DNA of 64,000 bases from Escherichia phage wV7: the sequence record NC_019505.1, one strand, 5' to 3'. Every line of letters starts with the position of its first letter. Positions within the stretch are counted from its first letter, which is position 1. The position numbers and the translations under genes were made by a program. Below, piece by piece: positions 48,125 through 64,000 of the stretch. The notes under the pieces were generated by a model, which did not search any database, was not told the DNA's origin, and saw only the letters and a program-made list of their open reading frames with translations.

Positions 48125-51100
48125 CAGTAAAAGCACCTTCAGTCACTAGTCTCAGAATTTCCAAGTTATCCGCAAATCAGGTGCAAGTACGCTGGGATGA
48201 CGTTGGTGCTAATTTCTACTACTTTGTAGAAATCGCTGAGACAAAATCAAACTCGGGAGATTTTCTCCCGAGTAATCAATATCGTTGGATTAATTTAGGA
48301 TATACAGCAAATAATAGTTTCTTTTTTGATGATGCTGATCCATTGACATCATACATTATCAGAGTAGCTACAGCTGCGCAAGATTTTGAGCAGTCTGATT
48401 GGATTTATACAGAAGAGTTTGAAACTTTTGCTACGAATGCTTACACATTTCAAAATATGATTGAAATGCAATTAGCTAATAAATTCATTCAGGAAAAGTT
48501 CACTCTTAATAATTCTAATTATGTCAATTTCAATAATGACACAATAATGGCTGCGTTAATGAATGAATCATTTCAGTTCAGCCCATCGTATGCTGATGTC
48601 TCATCAATCAGTAATTTTATTATTGGTGAAAACGAGTATCATGAAATACAAGGTTCTATTCAGCAAGTATGTAAGGATATTAACCGAGTTTATTTGATGG
48701 AATCAGAAGGGATTCTATATCTTTTTGAGCGCTATCAACCCGTAGTTAAAGTATCAAATGATAAAGGACAAACTTGGAAAGCTGTAAAGCTCTTCAATGA
48801 CCGTGTAGGATATCCTTTATCTAAGACTGTATATTACCAATCTGCAAACACAACATACGTTCTAGGATACGATAAGATTTTCTATGGCCGTAAATCGACT
48901 GACGTTAGATGGTCAGCAGATGATGTCAGATTCAGTTCACAGGATATAACATTTGCTAAATTAGGAGACCGGTTACATTTAGGATTTGATGTAGAAATTT
49001 TTGCCACTTACGCGACTTTGCCAGCGAATGTATACCGCATTGCAGAAGCTATTACTTGCACCGATGATTACATTTACGTTGTCGCCAGAGACAAAGTTAG
49101 ATACATAAAAACGAGTAATGCACCTATAGATTCTGATCCATTATCTCCAACATATTCGGAAAGACTTTTTGAACCTGATACTATGACTATAACCGGAAAT
49201 CCTAAAGCAGTATGCTATAAAATGGATTCTGTTGGTGATAAAGTTTTTGCTCTTATTATTGGTGAAGTTGAAACATTAAATGCTAATCCTAGAACTTCAA
49301 AAATAATTGATTCTGCTGATAAAGGAATATATGTTTTAAACCATGCCACGAAAACATGGAAAAGAGTTTTCGGTAATACCGAAGAAGAAAGAAGACGTAT
49401 TCAACCTGGATACGCAAACATGTCAACTGATGGTAAATTAGTTTCTCTGTCTTCGAGTAATTTTAAATTTTTAAGTGATAACGTTGTTAATGACCCTGAA
49501 ACTGCAGCAAAATATCAGTTAATTGGCGCTGTTAAATATGAATTTCCTCGCGAATGGTTAGCTGATAAACATTATCATATGATGGCGTTTATAGCGGATG
49601 AAAAATCTGATTGGGAGACTTTTACTCCTCAACCGATGAAATACTACGCAGAACCGTTCTTTAATTGGTCTAAAAAATCTAACACTCGTTGTTGGATAAA
49701 CAACTCTGATAAAGCTGTTGTAGTTTATGCAGATTTGAAATACACCAAAGTTATTGAAAATATTCCAGAAACGTCACCAGATAGATTAGTGCATGAATAC
49801 TGGGATGATGGCGATTGCACTATAGTAATGCCAAATGTTAAATTCACCGGATTTAAAAAATACGCATCAGGAATGCTTTTCTACAAATCTTCTGGCGAAA
49901 TAATTTCTTATTATGATTTTAACTATCGTGTGAGAGATACAGTAGAAATTATTTGGAAGCCAACTGAAGTATTTTTAAAAGCATTTTTACAAAACCAAGA
50001 GCGCGAAACTCCTTGGTCACCAGAAGAAGAACGTGGATTAGCTGACCCTGATTTAAGACCATTAATTGGCACAATGATGCCTGATTCTTACTTGTTACAA
50101 GATTCTAATTTTGAGGCATTTTGTGAAGCATATATTCAATATCTTTCTGACGGATATGGAACTCAGTATAACAATTTACGAAATTTAATTCGTAACCAAT
50201 ATCCGCGAGAAGAGCATGCGTGGGAATATTTATGGTCAGAAATATATAAAAGAAACATTTATTTAAATGCTGACAAACGCGATGCTGTTGCAAGATTTTT
50301 TGAATCACGTAGCTATGATTTTTATTCTACTAAAGGAATCGAAGCATCATATAAATTTCTTTTTAAAGTTCTTTATAATGAAGAAGTCGAAATTGAAATT
50401 GAATCGGGAGCAGGTACTGAATATGATGTAATCATTCAATCTGATTCTCTTACAGAAGATTTAGTAGGACAAACGATTTATACAGCTACAGGAAGATGTA
50501 ATGTTACTTATATAGAAAGAAGCTATTCTAATGGTAAATTGCAATGGACCGTGACTATACATAATCTTTTGGGGCGTTTAATAGCAGGGCAAGAAGTTAA
50601 AGCAGAAAGACTTCCAGGTTTTGAAGGCGAAATTATTCGTGGGGTTAAAGGAAAGGATTTGCTTCAAAATAATATAGACTATATTAATAGAAGTCGATCA
50701 TATTATGTAATGAAAATTAAATCCAATTTACCTTCTTCTCGTTGGAAATCTGACGTTATTCGTTTTGTTCATCCAGTAGGATTTGGATTTATAGCAATTA
50801 CACTTTTAACGATGTTTATTAATGTTGGTTTAACTCTTAAACACACAGAGACTATAATTAATAAATACAAAAACTATAAATGGGATTCTGGATTGCCTAC
50901 TGAATATGCTGATAGAGTAGCTAAATTGACTCCAACTGGTGAAATTGAGCATGATTCGGTAACAGGCGAAGCAATTTATGAGCCTGGCCCAATGGCTGGT
51001 GTAGAATATCCTCTTCCTGATGACTATAATGCTGAAAATAACAATTCAATATTTCAAGGTCAATTGCCGTCTGAACGACGTAAATTAATGAGTCCTTTAT

Positions 51101-51219
51101 TTGATGCATCTGGAACAACATTTGCGCAATTTAGAGATTTAGTTAATAAACGTCTAAAAGACAATATAGGAAATCCAAGAGACCCTGAAAATCCAACACA
51201 GGTTAAAATAGATGAATGA
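48121..51219 (+). CDS. 7: Baseplate wedge protein gp7
   Basis: 1032 aa, matches T4 gp7 length. Confidence 0.9.
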   Translation: MTVKAPSVTSLRISKLSANQVQVRWDDVGANFYYFVEIAETKSNSGDFLPSNQYRWINLGYTANNSFFFDDADPLTSYIIRVATAAQDFEQSDWIYTEEFETFATNAYTFQNMIEMQLANKFIQEKFTLNNSNYVNFNNDTIMAALMNESFQFSPSYADVSSISNFIIGENEYHEIQGSIQQVCKDINRVYLMESEGILYLFERYQPVVKVSNDKGQTWKAVKLFNDRVGYPLSKTVYYQSANTTYVLGYDKIFYGRKSTDVRWSADDVRFSSQDITFAKLGDRLHLGFDVEIFATYATLPANVYRIAEAITCTDDYIYVVARDKVRYIKTSNAPIDSDPLSPTYSERLFEPDTMTITGNPKAVCYKMDSVGDKVFALIIGEVETLNANPRTSKIIDSADKGIYVLNHATKTWKRVFGNTEEERRRIQPGYANMSTDGKLVSLSSSNFKFLSDNVVNDPETAAKYQLIGAVKYEFPREWLADKHYHMMAFIADEKSDWETFTPQPMKYYAEPFFNWSKKSNTRCWINNSDKAVVVYADLKYTKVIENIPETSPDRLVHEYWDDGDCTIVMPNVKFTGFKKYASGMLFYKSSGEIISYYDFNYRVRDTVEIIWKPTEVFLKAFLQNQERETPWSPEEERGLADPDLRPLIGTMMPDSYLLQDSNFEAFCEAYIQYLSDGYGTQYNNLRNLIRNQYPREEHAWEYLWSEIYKRNIYLNADKRDAVARFFESRSYDFYSTKGIEASYKFLFKVLYNEEVEIEIESGAGTEYDVIIQSDSLTEDLVGQTIYTATGRCNVTYIERSYSNGKLQWTVTIHNLLGRLIAGQEVKAERLPGFEGEIIRGVKGKDLLQNNIDYINRSRSYYVMKIKSNLPSSRWKSDVIRFVHPVGFGFIAITLLTMFINVGLTLKHTETIINKYKNYKWDSGLPTEYADRVAKLTPTGEIEHDSVTGEAIYEPGPMAGVEYPLPDDYNAENNNSIFQGQLPSERRKLMSPLFDASGTTFAQFRDLVNKRLKDNIGNPRDPENPTQVKIDE

Positions 51220-52216
51220 TTCAAGTGTTATCTATCGTGCGATAGTTACTTCAAAATTTAGAACAGAAAAAATGTTGAATTTTTATAATTCAATTGGAAG
51301 TGGTCCGGATAAAAACACTATCTTTATCACATTTGGAAGATCAGAACCGTGGTCATCAAATGAAAATGAGGTGGGCTTTGCCCCACCTTATCCTACCGAT
51401 TCTGTATTAGGCGTAACTGACATGTGGACGCATATGATGGGAACAGTAAAAGTTCTTCCATCAATGCTTGATGCAGTTATTCCTCGTCGAGATTGGGGAG
51501 ATACTAGATATCCGGATCCATACACATTTAGAATTAACGATATTGTAGTGTGTAACTCAGCTCCTTACAACGCTACTGAATCAGGCGCAGGCTGGTTAGT
51601 ATATCGTTGTTTAGATGTTCCTGATACCGGAATGTGTTCAATCGCATCTTTAACTGATAAGGATGAATGCCTTAAGTTAGGTGGAAAATGGACTCCTTCT
51701 GCTAGGTCAATGACTCCTCCTGAAGGTCGAGGAGATGCTGAAGGAACAATTGAACCCGGAGACGGATATGTTTGGGAATATCTATTTGAGATTCCGCCTG
51801 ATGTATCTATAAATAGATGCACGAATGAATATATCGTGGTTCCTTGGCCTGAGGAATTAAAAGAAGACCCGACTAGATGGGGATATGAAGATAATCTCAC
51901 TTGGCAACAAGATGATTTTGGATTAATTTACCGTGTTAAGGCAAATACTATCCGTTTTAAAGCATATTTAGATTCAGTTTATTTTCCTGAAGCTGCATTG
52001 CCGGGAAATAAAGGATTTAGACAAATATCAATAATCACGAATCCTCTTGAAGCTAAAGTTCATCCAAATGATCCAAACGTTAAAGCTGAAAAGGATTATT
52101 ATGATCCTGAAGATTTAATGAGGCATTCGGGTGAAATGATTTATATGGAAAATAGGCCACCTATTATTATGGCAATGGATCAGACAGAAGAAATCAATAT
52201 TCTGTTTACATTTTAA
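51212..52216 (+). CDS. 8: Baseplate wedge protein gp8
   Basis: 334 aa, matches T4 gp8 length. Confidence 0.9.
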   Translation: MNDSSVIYRAIVTSKFRTEKMLNFYNSIGSGPDKNTIFITFGRSEPWSSNENEVGFAPPYPTDSVLGVTDMWTHMMGTVKVLPSMLDAVIPRRDWGDTRYPDPYTFRINDIVVCNSAPYNATESGAGWLVYRCLDVPDTGMCSIASLTDKDECLKLGGKWTPSARSMTPPEGRGDAEGTIEPGDGYVWEYLFEIPPDVSINRCTNEYIVVPWPEELKEDPTRWGYEDNLTWQQDDFGLIYRVKANTIRFKAYLDSVYFPEAALPGNKGFRQISIITNPLEAKVHPNDPNVKAEKDYYDPEDLMRHSGEMIYMENRPPIIMAMDQTEEINILFTF

Positions 52217-52221
52217 ATTAA

Positions 52222-52245
52222 GGGAGCCCATGGGCTCCCTTTTTC
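52222..52245 (+). terminator. Rho-independent terminator between genes 8 and 9
   Basis: Perfect palindrome GGGAGCCCATGGGCTCCC followed by TTTTT. Confidence 0.65.
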
Positions 52246-52247
52246 TT

Positions 52248-52255
52248 TATAAATA
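52248..52255 (+). promoter_or_regulatory. Late promoter (TATAAATA) of gene 9
   Basis: Plus TATAAATA 24 nt upstream of gene 9 ATG, just after terminator. Confidence 0.75.
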
Positions 52256-52279
52256 CTATAAACTCATAAGGAAACCGCT

Positions 52280-53146
52280 ATGTTCATTCAAGAACCAAAG
52301 AAATTGATTGATACCGGCGAAATTGGTAACGCTTCTACTGGTGATATCTTATTCGACGGTGGTAATAAAATTAATAGTGATTTTAACGCAATTTATAACG
52401 CGTTTGGCGATCAACGTAAAATGGCAGTAGCAAATGGCACTGGAGCAGATGGTCAAATTATCCATGCTACTGGATATTATCAAAAACACTCTATCGCGGA
52501 GTACGCAACTCCAGTAAAAGTTGGCACTAGACATGATATTGATACCTCTACTGTAGGTGTTAAAGTTATCATTGAAAGAGGCGAACTCGGCGATTGTGTT
52601 GAATTCATTAACTCTAATGGATCAATATCAGTTACTAATCCTTTAACGATTCAAGCTATTGATTCAATTAAAGGCGTTTCAGGTAATTTAGTAGTAACTA
52701 GTCCATATAGTAAAGTTACTTTACGTTGTATTTCATCTGATAATTCTACGTCGGTTTGGAATTATTCTATTGAAAGTATGTTTGGGCAAAAGGAATCACC
52801 AGCTGAAGGTACATGGAATATTTCTACATCTGGATCAGTTGACATTCCACTATTTCATCGCACTGAATACAATATGGCTAAATTGCTAGTTACGTGCCAA
52901 TCAGTAGATGGAAGAAAAATTAAAACAGCAGAAATAAATATTCTTGTGGATACTGTTAATTCAGAGGTCATTTCTTCTGAATATGCTGTCATGCGAATTG
53001 GGAATGAAACCGAAGAAGACGAAATCGCTAATATTGCATTTAGTATTAAAGAAAATTACGTAACGGCGACTATAAGTTCTTCAACTGTCGGTATGAGAGC
53101 AGCAGTTAAAGTTATCGCTACGCAGAAAATCGGGGTGGCTCAATAA
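52280..53146 (+). CDS. 9: Baseplate protein gp9 (long tail fibre socket)
   Basis: 288 aa; N-terminus MFIQEPKKLIDTGEIGNASTGDILFDGGNKINSDFNAIYNAFGDQRKMA as recalled for T4 gp9; own late promoter. Confidence 0.92.
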   Translation: MFIQEPKKLIDTGEIGNASTGDILFDGGNKINSDFNAIYNAFGDQRKMAVANGTGADGQIIHATGYYQKHSIAEYATPVKVGTRHDIDTSTVGVKVIIERGELGDCVEFINSNGSISVTNPLTIQAIDSIKGVSGNLVVTSPYSKVTLRCISSDNSTSVWNYSIESMFGQKESPAEGTWNISTSGSVDIPLFHRTEYNMAKLLVTCQSVDGRKIKTAEINILVDTVNSEVISSEYAVMRIGNETEEDEIANIAFSIKENYVTATISSSTVGMRAAVKVIATQKIGVAQ

Positions 53147-54951
53147 TGAAACAAAATATTAATATCGGTAATGTTGTAGATGATGGTACCGGTGACTACC
53201 TGCGTAAAGGTGGTATAAAAATAAATGAAAACTTTGATGAGCTTTATTATGAACTCGGTGATGGTAATGTTCCATATTCAGCCGGTGCTTGGAAAACTTA
53301 TAATGCTTCATCTGGGCAAACATTAAAAGCTGAATGGGGAAAATCATACGCTATTAATACTTCGTCTGGAAGAGTAACACTGCAACTTCCTAAAGGAACT
53401 GTTAATGATTATAATAAAGTAATTAGAGCTAGGGATGTATTTGCAACATGGAATGTTAATCCAGTTACTTTAGTAGCCGCTTCTGGTGATACTATCAAAG
53501 GATCATCGTCATCGGTTGAAATTAACGTTCAATTTAGTGATTTAGAGCTAGTTTATTGCGCTCCGGGCCGTTGGGAATATGTCAAAAATAAACAAATTGA
53601 CAAAATTATTAGTTCAGACATTAGCAATGTAGCTCGTAAAGAATTTTTAGTCGAAGTTCAAGGACAAACAGACTTTTTAGATATTTTCCGTGGAACTAGT
53701 TATAATGTTAATAACATCAGAGTAAAACACCGCGGTAATGAATTGTATTACGGCGATGTTTTTAGCGAAAATAGCGACTTTGGTTCTCCTGGAGAAAATG
53801 AAGGCGAATTAGTTCCTCTTGATGGATTTAATATTCGATTAAGACAGCCTTGTAATATTGGTGACACTGTTCAAATTGAAACATTTATGGATGGTGTATC
53901 ACAATGGAGAAGTTCATATACAAGACGCCAAATAAAAGTATTAGATTCAAAATTAACGTCAAAAACTTCTTTAGAAGGAAGTATTTACGTTACTGATTTA
54001 TCAACAATGAAATCAATTCCATTCTCTGCATTTGGATTAATTCCTGGAGAACCTATTAATCCTAATTCTCTTGAAGTTCGTTTTAATGGAATTTTACAAC
54101 AACAAGCTGGAACAGCTGGATATCCTCTGTTTTTGTGTGAAGGCGCTAGTTCAGATACGCAAGAAGGATGTATATCTCTTGGTGGTGAATGGAAAGAATC
54201 AAACACAGATTATTCTATAGAATATGAAGATGGAAAACCTACCAGTCTTTTATTTGATAGAAAATTTGAATCAGGCGATATAATCGTTATAACGTGGTTC
54301 AATAATGATTTAGGAACTCTTTTAGAAAAAGATGACATCATTGAATTGACTGATGACCGTTATGTTAGCAAAGGATCATCTACCGAAGTTACTGGTGATG
54401 TAGCCTTAACAGATTTTGATAAAATCGGTTGGCCAAATGTTGAAAAAGTTGATTCTTATACTAGAACGTATAATTCAATATCATCTATTTTCGATAGCAT
54501 TTATCCTGTAGGTTCAATTTATGAAAATGCTATAAATCCAAATAATCCGGTGACTTATATGGGATTTGGTTCATGGAAATTATTTGGTAAAGGACAAGTT
54601 TTAGTAGGATGGAATGATGATGTTACGGATCCAAACTTTGCTTTAAACAATAATGATTTAGATTCTAGCGGAAATCCTTCACATACTGCCGGTGGAACAG
54701 TTGGAACAACATCAGTAACGCTTGAAAACGCAAATCTTCCTGCAACTAAAACTGATGAAAAAGTTTTAATTGAAGATGAAAACGGATCAGTTATTATTGG
54801 AGGTTGTCAATATGACCCAGACGAAACTGGTCCTATATATACAAAATATCGTGAAGACTACGCAACAACAAACTCTTCACATACTCCTCCTGCTAATATT
54901 AGTAATATTCAACCGTCTATTACTGTATACCGTTGGATAAGGATTGCATAA
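53146..54951 (+). CDS. 10: Baseplate wedge protein gp10
   Basis: 601 aa, matches T4 gp10. Confidence 0.9.
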   Translation: MKQNINIGNVVDDGTGDYLRKGGIKINENFDELYYELGDGNVPYSAGAWKTYNASSGQTLKAEWGKSYAINTSSGRVTLQLPKGTVNDYNKVIRARDVFATWNVNPVTLVAASGDTIKGSSSSVEINVQFSDLELVYCAPGRWEYVKNKQIDKIISSDISNVARKEFLVEVQGQTDFLDIFRGTSYNVNNIRVKHRGNELYYGDVFSENSDFGSPGENEGELVPLDGFNIRLRQPCNIGDTVQIETFMDGVSQWRSSYTRRQIKVLDSKLTSKTSLEGSIYVTDLSTMKSIPFSAFGLIPGEPINPNSLEVRFNGILQQQAGTAGYPLFLCEGASSDTQEGCISLGGEWKESNTDYSIEYEDGKPTSLLFDRKFESGDIIVITWFNNDLGTLLEKDDIIELTDDRYVSKGSSTEVTGDVALTDFDKIGWPNVEKVDSYTRTYNSISSIFDSIYPVGSIYENAINPNNPVTYMGFGSWKLFGKGQVLVGWNDDVTDPNFALNNNDLDSSGNPSHTAGGTVGTTSVTLENANLPATKTDEKVLIEDENGSVIIGGCQYDPDETGPIYTKYREDYATTNSSHTPPANISNIQPSITVYRWIRIA

Positions 54952-55610
54952 TGAGTTTACTTAATAATAAAGCGGGAGTTATTTCCCGCTTAGCAGATTT
55001 TCTTGGTTTTAGAACTAAGAAAAATGATATTTCGGTTATGAATAATCAGCCAGTAGGTGCTGTAACAATTTCACAAATAGCAAAAGGTTTTTATGACCCA
55101 AATGTAGAATCTGCTATTAATGATGTTAGAAATATGGCAGAGCAACAGGTTGGAGCTGTATTAGTTAATATAAGCGGCGTATCTCCTACTGGAGTGCAAC
55201 AAACAGACTACTGGTCATTTGAAGGAACTGTCAATGATACTTCAGCCAAACCGGGTGACACAGTTATTGTTAACATGTTTGGTATTCCAGTTAAAGCTAC
55301 TAATGGAATGACTTCAATCGAATTTACCAGTGCCGTTAGAACAGCTCTACAGGAAATGGTTGCAAAATTTATTGCAATTGATTCATTTGAAGACCATCCT
55401 ACCATAGGAAATAAAATACAAGTTAAGTATTTAGATAACCAAGAACATATCTTAGAACAATACTCTGATAAAGGAATTACTTTCAAACAAGAAATAATTT
55501 CTCCTTCTAAACCTGGATACGGAACTTGGCAATTATTAGGTGCGCAAACTGTCACGCTAGATAGTCACACACAACCTACGGTATTTTATTATTTTGAGAG
55601 AATAGCATGA
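54951..55610 (+). CDS. 11: Baseplate wedge protein gp11 (short tail fibre attachment)
   Basis: 219 aa from [20 protein letters not shown]; start overlaps gene 10 stop (TAATG). Confidence 0.9.
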   Translation: MSLLNNKAGVISRLADFLGFRTKKNDISVMNNQPVGAVTISQIAKGFYDPNVESAINDVRNMAEQQVGAVLVNISGVSPTGVQQTDYWSFEGTVNDTSAKPGDTVIVNMFGIPVKATNGMTSIEFTSAVRTALQEMVAKFIAIDSFEDHPTIGNKIQVKYLDNQEHILEQYSDKGITFKQEIISPSKPGYGTWQLLGAQTVTLDSHTQPTVFYYFERIA

Positions 55611-57157
55611 GTAACAATACATATCAGCACGTATCAAATGAATCAAAATACGTTAAATTCGATCCTGCAGGATCGAATTTTCCTGACACTGTCACGACAG
55701 TGCAGTCTGCATTATCAAAAATAAGTAATATCGGCGTAAATGGTATTCCTGATGCAACTATGGAAGTTAAAGGAATAGCAATGATTGCGTCAGAGCAAGA
55801 GGTTTTAGATGGAACTAATAATTCTAAAATCGTTACACCAGCTACATTAGCAACAAGATTATTGTATCCAAATGCTACTGAAACTAAGTATGGTTTAACG
55901 CGCTATTCAACAAATGAAGAAACATTAGAAGGCTCAGATAATAATTCATCAATAACGCCGCAAAAACTGAAATACCATACTGACGATGTGTTCCAAAATA
56001 GATATTCGTCTGAGTCATCAAACGGGGTTATTAAAATATCATCTACACCTGCAGCTTTAGCTGGAGTAGATGATACTACGGCAATGACTCCGCTAAAAAC
56101 ACAAAAACTTGCAATAAAATTAATTTCGCAAATAGCTCCTTCAGAAGACACAGCATCAGAATCTGTTAGAGGCGTAGTTCAGTTATCAACTGTCGCTCAA
56201 ACTCGTCAAGGAACTCTTCGCGAAGGATATGCAATTTCCCCGTATACCTTTATGAATTCTGTTGCAACACAAGAATATAAGGGTGTTATACGTTTAGGAA
56301 CGCAATCGGAAATTAACAGTAATTTGGGAGATGTTGCTGTAACAGGTGAAACATTAAATGGTCGAGGAGCTACCGGTTCTATGCGTGGGGTAGTAAAATT
56401 AACGACGCAAGCCGGTATTGCCCCTGAAGGTGATAGCTCTGGAGCATTAGCATGGAACGCAGATGTAATTAATACTCGCGGTGGACAAACTATTAATGGT
56501 TCTTTAAATTTAGATCATTTAACAGCAAATGGAATTTGGTCACGCGGCGGAATGTGGAAAAATGGCGATCAACCTGTTGCCACTGAAAGATATGCGTCCG
56601 AAAGGGTTCCAGTTGGAACTATTATGATGTTTGCTGGAGATTCAGCTCCTCCTGGTTGGATTATGTGCCATGGTGGAACTGTGTCAGGAGATCAATATCC
56701 TGATTATAGAAACACAGTTGGAACGAGATTTGGTGGCGATTGGAATAATCCTGGCATTCCTGATATGCGAGGTCTTTTCGTCAGAGGAGCTGGTACTGGT
56801 GGTCATATTTTAAATCAACGAGGGCAAGATGGTTACGGGAAGGATAGACTTGGTGTAGGATGTGACGGAATGCATGTTGGCGGTGTTCAAGCACAACAGA
56901 TGTCATACCATAAACATGCTGGCGGTTGGGGAGAATACCAAAGACATGAAGCTCCATTTGGCGCGTCCGTTTATCAAGGATATCTTGGAACTAGAAAATA
57001 TGCCGACTGGGATAATGCTTCATACTTCACTAATGATGGATTTGAATTAGGTGGACCGAGAGATGCCCTTGGTACACTTAATCGTGAAGGATTAATTGGT
57101 TATGAAACTAGACCATGGAATATATCATTAAACTATATTATTAAAATTCATTACTAA
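55607..57157 (+). CDS. 12: Short tail fibre protein gp12
   Basis: 516 aa; [21 protein letters not shown]-terminus and position between 11 and wac. Confidence 0.9.
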   Translation: MSNNTYQHVSNESKYVKFDPAGSNFPDTVTTVQSALSKISNIGVNGIPDATMEVKGIAMIASEQEVLDGTNNSKIVTPATLATRLLYPNATETKYGLTRYSTNEETLEGSDNNSSITPQKLKYHTDDVFQNRYSSESSNGVIKISSTPAALAGVDDTTAMTPLKTQKLAIKLISQIAPSEDTASESVRGVVQLSTVAQTRQGTLREGYAISPYTFMNSVATQEYKGVIRLGTQSEINSNLGDVAVTGETLNGRGATGSMRGVVKLTTQAGIAPEGDSSGALAWNADVINTRGGQTINGSLNLDHLTANGIWSRGGMWKNGDQPVATERYASERVPVGTIMMFAGDSAPPGWIMCHGGTVSGDQYPDYRNTVGTRFGGDWNNPGIPDMRGLFVRGAGTGGHILNQRGQDGYGKDRLGVGCDGMHVGGVQAQQMSYHKHAGGWGEYQRHEAPFGASVYQGYLGTRKYADWDNASYFTNDGFELGGPRDALGTLNREGLIGYETRPWNISLNYIIKIHY

Positions 57158-57166
57158 GGATTACAA

Positions 57167-58624
57167 ATGATTGAATTAAAAGATTTACCTTTTGTTGATA
57201 GCGTTCCTGGCGAAGGTCAGGAACGTATTTCATGGATTAAAAATGGTGAAGAAATACTAGGAGCTAGTACTAAGTATGGAAACGATGGATCAATGAATAG
57301 ACCAACTGTGTCCGTATTTAAAAATGTTGAGGTTCTTGATGAAAATATAGGAATTCTTAAAACTGCCGTTGAAACATCACAGGAAGATATTAAAACAATT
57401 CAAGGCATTTTGGATGTATCTGGAGATATCGAAGCACTATCACAGATTAGCGTTAATAAAAATGACATATCAAATTTAAAGACGCTTACGAATGAACACA
57501 CTGATATATTAAATGGTACAAATACTACGGTTGATAATATTCTTTCTGATATTGGTCCATTTAATTCGCAAGCAAATTCAGTTTATAGAACGATTAGAAA
57601 TGATTTGTTATGGATTAAAAGGGAATTAGGACAATATGCTGGGCAAGATATTAATGGTCTTCCTGTTGTAGGAAATAGCAGCACGGGGATGAAGCACCGT
57701 ATCATTAATAATACAGATGCTATAACTTCCCAAGGAATACGTCTAAGTGATTTGGAAGAAAAATTTATTGAATCTGATGTAGGTTCACTGACAATTGAAG
57801 TCGGAAATCTTAGACAAGAACTTGGACAAAGACCATCTTCATTTAGTGAAAGCATATATTCACGTGTGCATAATTTAGATCAATCACAGATTAATCTTAG
57901 TTCCGAAATTAAATCTATCAAAACTTCTATTGGATATCCAGGAAATACTTCAATAATCACAGATGTCAATGTCAACAGTCAAGAAATTTCAGCTTTAAAT
58001 GATGAACTAAATAAAAGTGGCGGCGTTAAACAGCGATTAACTGTTATTGAAACATCGATTGGTTCAGATGATATTCCTTCTAGTATTAAAGGTCAAATTA
58101 AAGATAATACCACTTCTATTGAATCTTTAAATGGAATTGTAGGTGAAAACACCTCGTCCGGTTTAAGAGCTAACGTTTCATGGCTAAATCAGATAGTTGG
58201 AACTGATTCTAGCGGAGGTCAACCTTCTCCTCCGGGGTCTCTTTTAAATAGAGTTTCAACTGTTGAAACCTCTGTTAATAGACTTAACAATGATGTTCAA
58301 AACTTACAGGTTGAAATTGGTAATAACAATTCCGGAATTAAAGGGCAAGTTGTAACACTAAATAAATTAGTAAATGGAACAAATCCGAATGGTTCAACTG
58401 TCGAAGAACGCGGATTGACTAATTCAATAAAAGCTAATGAGACTAACATTTCTTCAATTAATCAAGAGATTCGTAGTATTAAAGGTAATGTGTCCTCATT
58501 GCAGAGGGATGTCCAGACTTTACAAGAAGCTGGTTATATTCCTGAAGCTCCAAAAGATGGTCAAGCTTACGTTCGTAAAGACGGCGAATGGGTATTGCTT
58601 TCTACCTTTTTATCACCAGCATAA
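57167..58624 (+). CDS. wac: Fibritin (whisker antigen control)
   Basis: 485 aa coiled coil ending in foldon [27 protein letters not shown]. Confidence 0.95.
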   Translation: MIELKDLPFVDSVPGEGQERISWIKNGEEILGASTKYGNDGSMNRPTVSVFKNVEVLDENIGILKTAVETSQEDIKTIQGILDVSGDIEALSQISVNKNDISNLKTLTNEHTDILNGTNTTVDNILSDIGPFNSQANSVYRTIRNDLLWIKRELGQYAGQDINGLPVVGNSSTGMKHRIINNTDAITSQGIRLSDLEEKFIESDVGSLTIEVGNLRQELGQRPSSFSESIYSRVHNLDQSQINLSSEIKSIKTSIGYPGNTSIITDVNVNSQEISALNDELNKSGGVKQRLTVIETSIGSDDIPSSIKGQIKDNTTSIESLNGIVGENTSSGLRANVSWLNQIVGTDSSGGQPSPPGSLLNRVSTVETSVNRLNNDVQNLQVEIGNNNSGIKGQVVTLNKLVNGTNPNGSTVEERGLTNSIKANETNISSINQEIRSIKGNVSSLQRDVQTLQEAGYIPEAPKDGQAYVRKDGEWVLLSTFLSPA

Positions 58625-58627
58625 CAT

Positions 58628-58641
58628 GGGCCGCAAGGCCC
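58628..58641 (+). terminator. GNRA-tetraloop hairpin between wac and gene 13
   Basis: GGGCC-GCAA-GGCCC; no strong T-run. Confidence 0.3.
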
Positions 58642-58654
58642 TAAAGGATTTTAA

Positions 58655-60356
<1,702 letters not shown>

Positions 60357-60397
60357 TAAATATTATAAACTAATTAAAGCCCAGATTAGGAGAAATC

Positions 60398-63538
<3,141 letters not shown>

Positions 63539-63566
63539 TATTAAAGCATATTAAAGAGGATTAAAA

Positions 63567-64000
63567 ATGACTTTATTATCTCCGGGCATTGAGCTCAAAG
63601 AAACTACGGTTCAAAGCACCGTGGTTAATAACTCTACTGGTACAGCAGCTTTGGCCGGTAAATTCCAGTGGGGTCCTGCTTTTCAGATTAAACAGGTTAC
63701 AAATGAAGTAGATTTAGTTAATACTTTTGGTCAACCAACCGCTGAAACTGCTGACTATTTTATGTCTGCGATGAATTTCTTGCAGTACGGAAATGACTTA
63801 CGAGTAGTTCGTGCTGTTGATAGAGATACCGCTAAAAACTCATCGCCAATTGCTGGTAATATTGAATACACAATTTCTACCCCGGGTAGTAACTATGCAG
63901 TTGGAGATAAAATCACGGTCAAATATGTTTCAGATGATATTGAAACTGAAGGTAAAATTACCGAAGTAGACGCAGATGGAAAAATTAAGAAAATTAATAT
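63567..64000 (+). CDS. 18: Tail sheath protein gp18, N-terminal part (continues past window end)
   Basis: ATG at 63567 after AAGAGGA RBS; MTLLSPGIELKETTVQSTVVNNSTGTAALAGKFQWGPAFQIKQV matches T4 gp18. Confidence 0.9.
   Translation, partial: MTLLSPGIELKETTVQSTVVNNSTGTAALAGKFQWGPAFQIKQVTNEVDLVNTFGQPTAETADYFMSAMNFLQYGNDLRVVRAVDRDTAKNSSPIAGNIEYTISTPGSNYAVGDKITVKYVSDDIETEGKITEVDADGKIKKIN

Overview
This window is a segment of a T4-like (Tequatrovirus-type) myovirus genome. Proteins are near-identical, but not identical, to the phage T4 sequences I recall (e.g. lysozyme, endonuclease V), so this is a close T4 relative rather than T4 itself. Positions 1-42961 are a minus-strand early/middle block: gene 46 (partial), 47, alpha-glucosyltransferase, 55, nrdH-nrdG-nrdD (nrdD has no intron), 49, nrdC, a hyperplastic block of uncharacterised ORFs between nrdC and rI, tk, vs, regB, a GrcA-like glycyl-radical protein, denV, e, nudE, an 11-tRNA cluster, three genes with the internal-protein capsid-targeting leader, 57B (Acb1), 57A, 1, 3, 2 and 4. 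Positions 43009-64000 are the plus-strand late module: 53, 5, 5.1, 5.4, 6-12, wac, 13-17 and the start of 18. Regulatory signals readable directly include T4-type early promoters on the minus strand, TATAAATA late promoters (one divergent pair between genes 4 and 53), and tetraloop hairpin terminators. No CRISPR array, insertion sequence, integrase or homing endonuclease was seen. The best candidates for undescribed biology are in the accessory regions: an internal-protein gene cassette flanked by near-identical terminator repeats, a P-loop ATPase plus nucleotidyltransferase-fold pair, a macro-domain-like protein, two paralogous families, and tRNAs beyond the T4 set. All functional calls rest on motif reading and recall of T4 biology; no database search was run.
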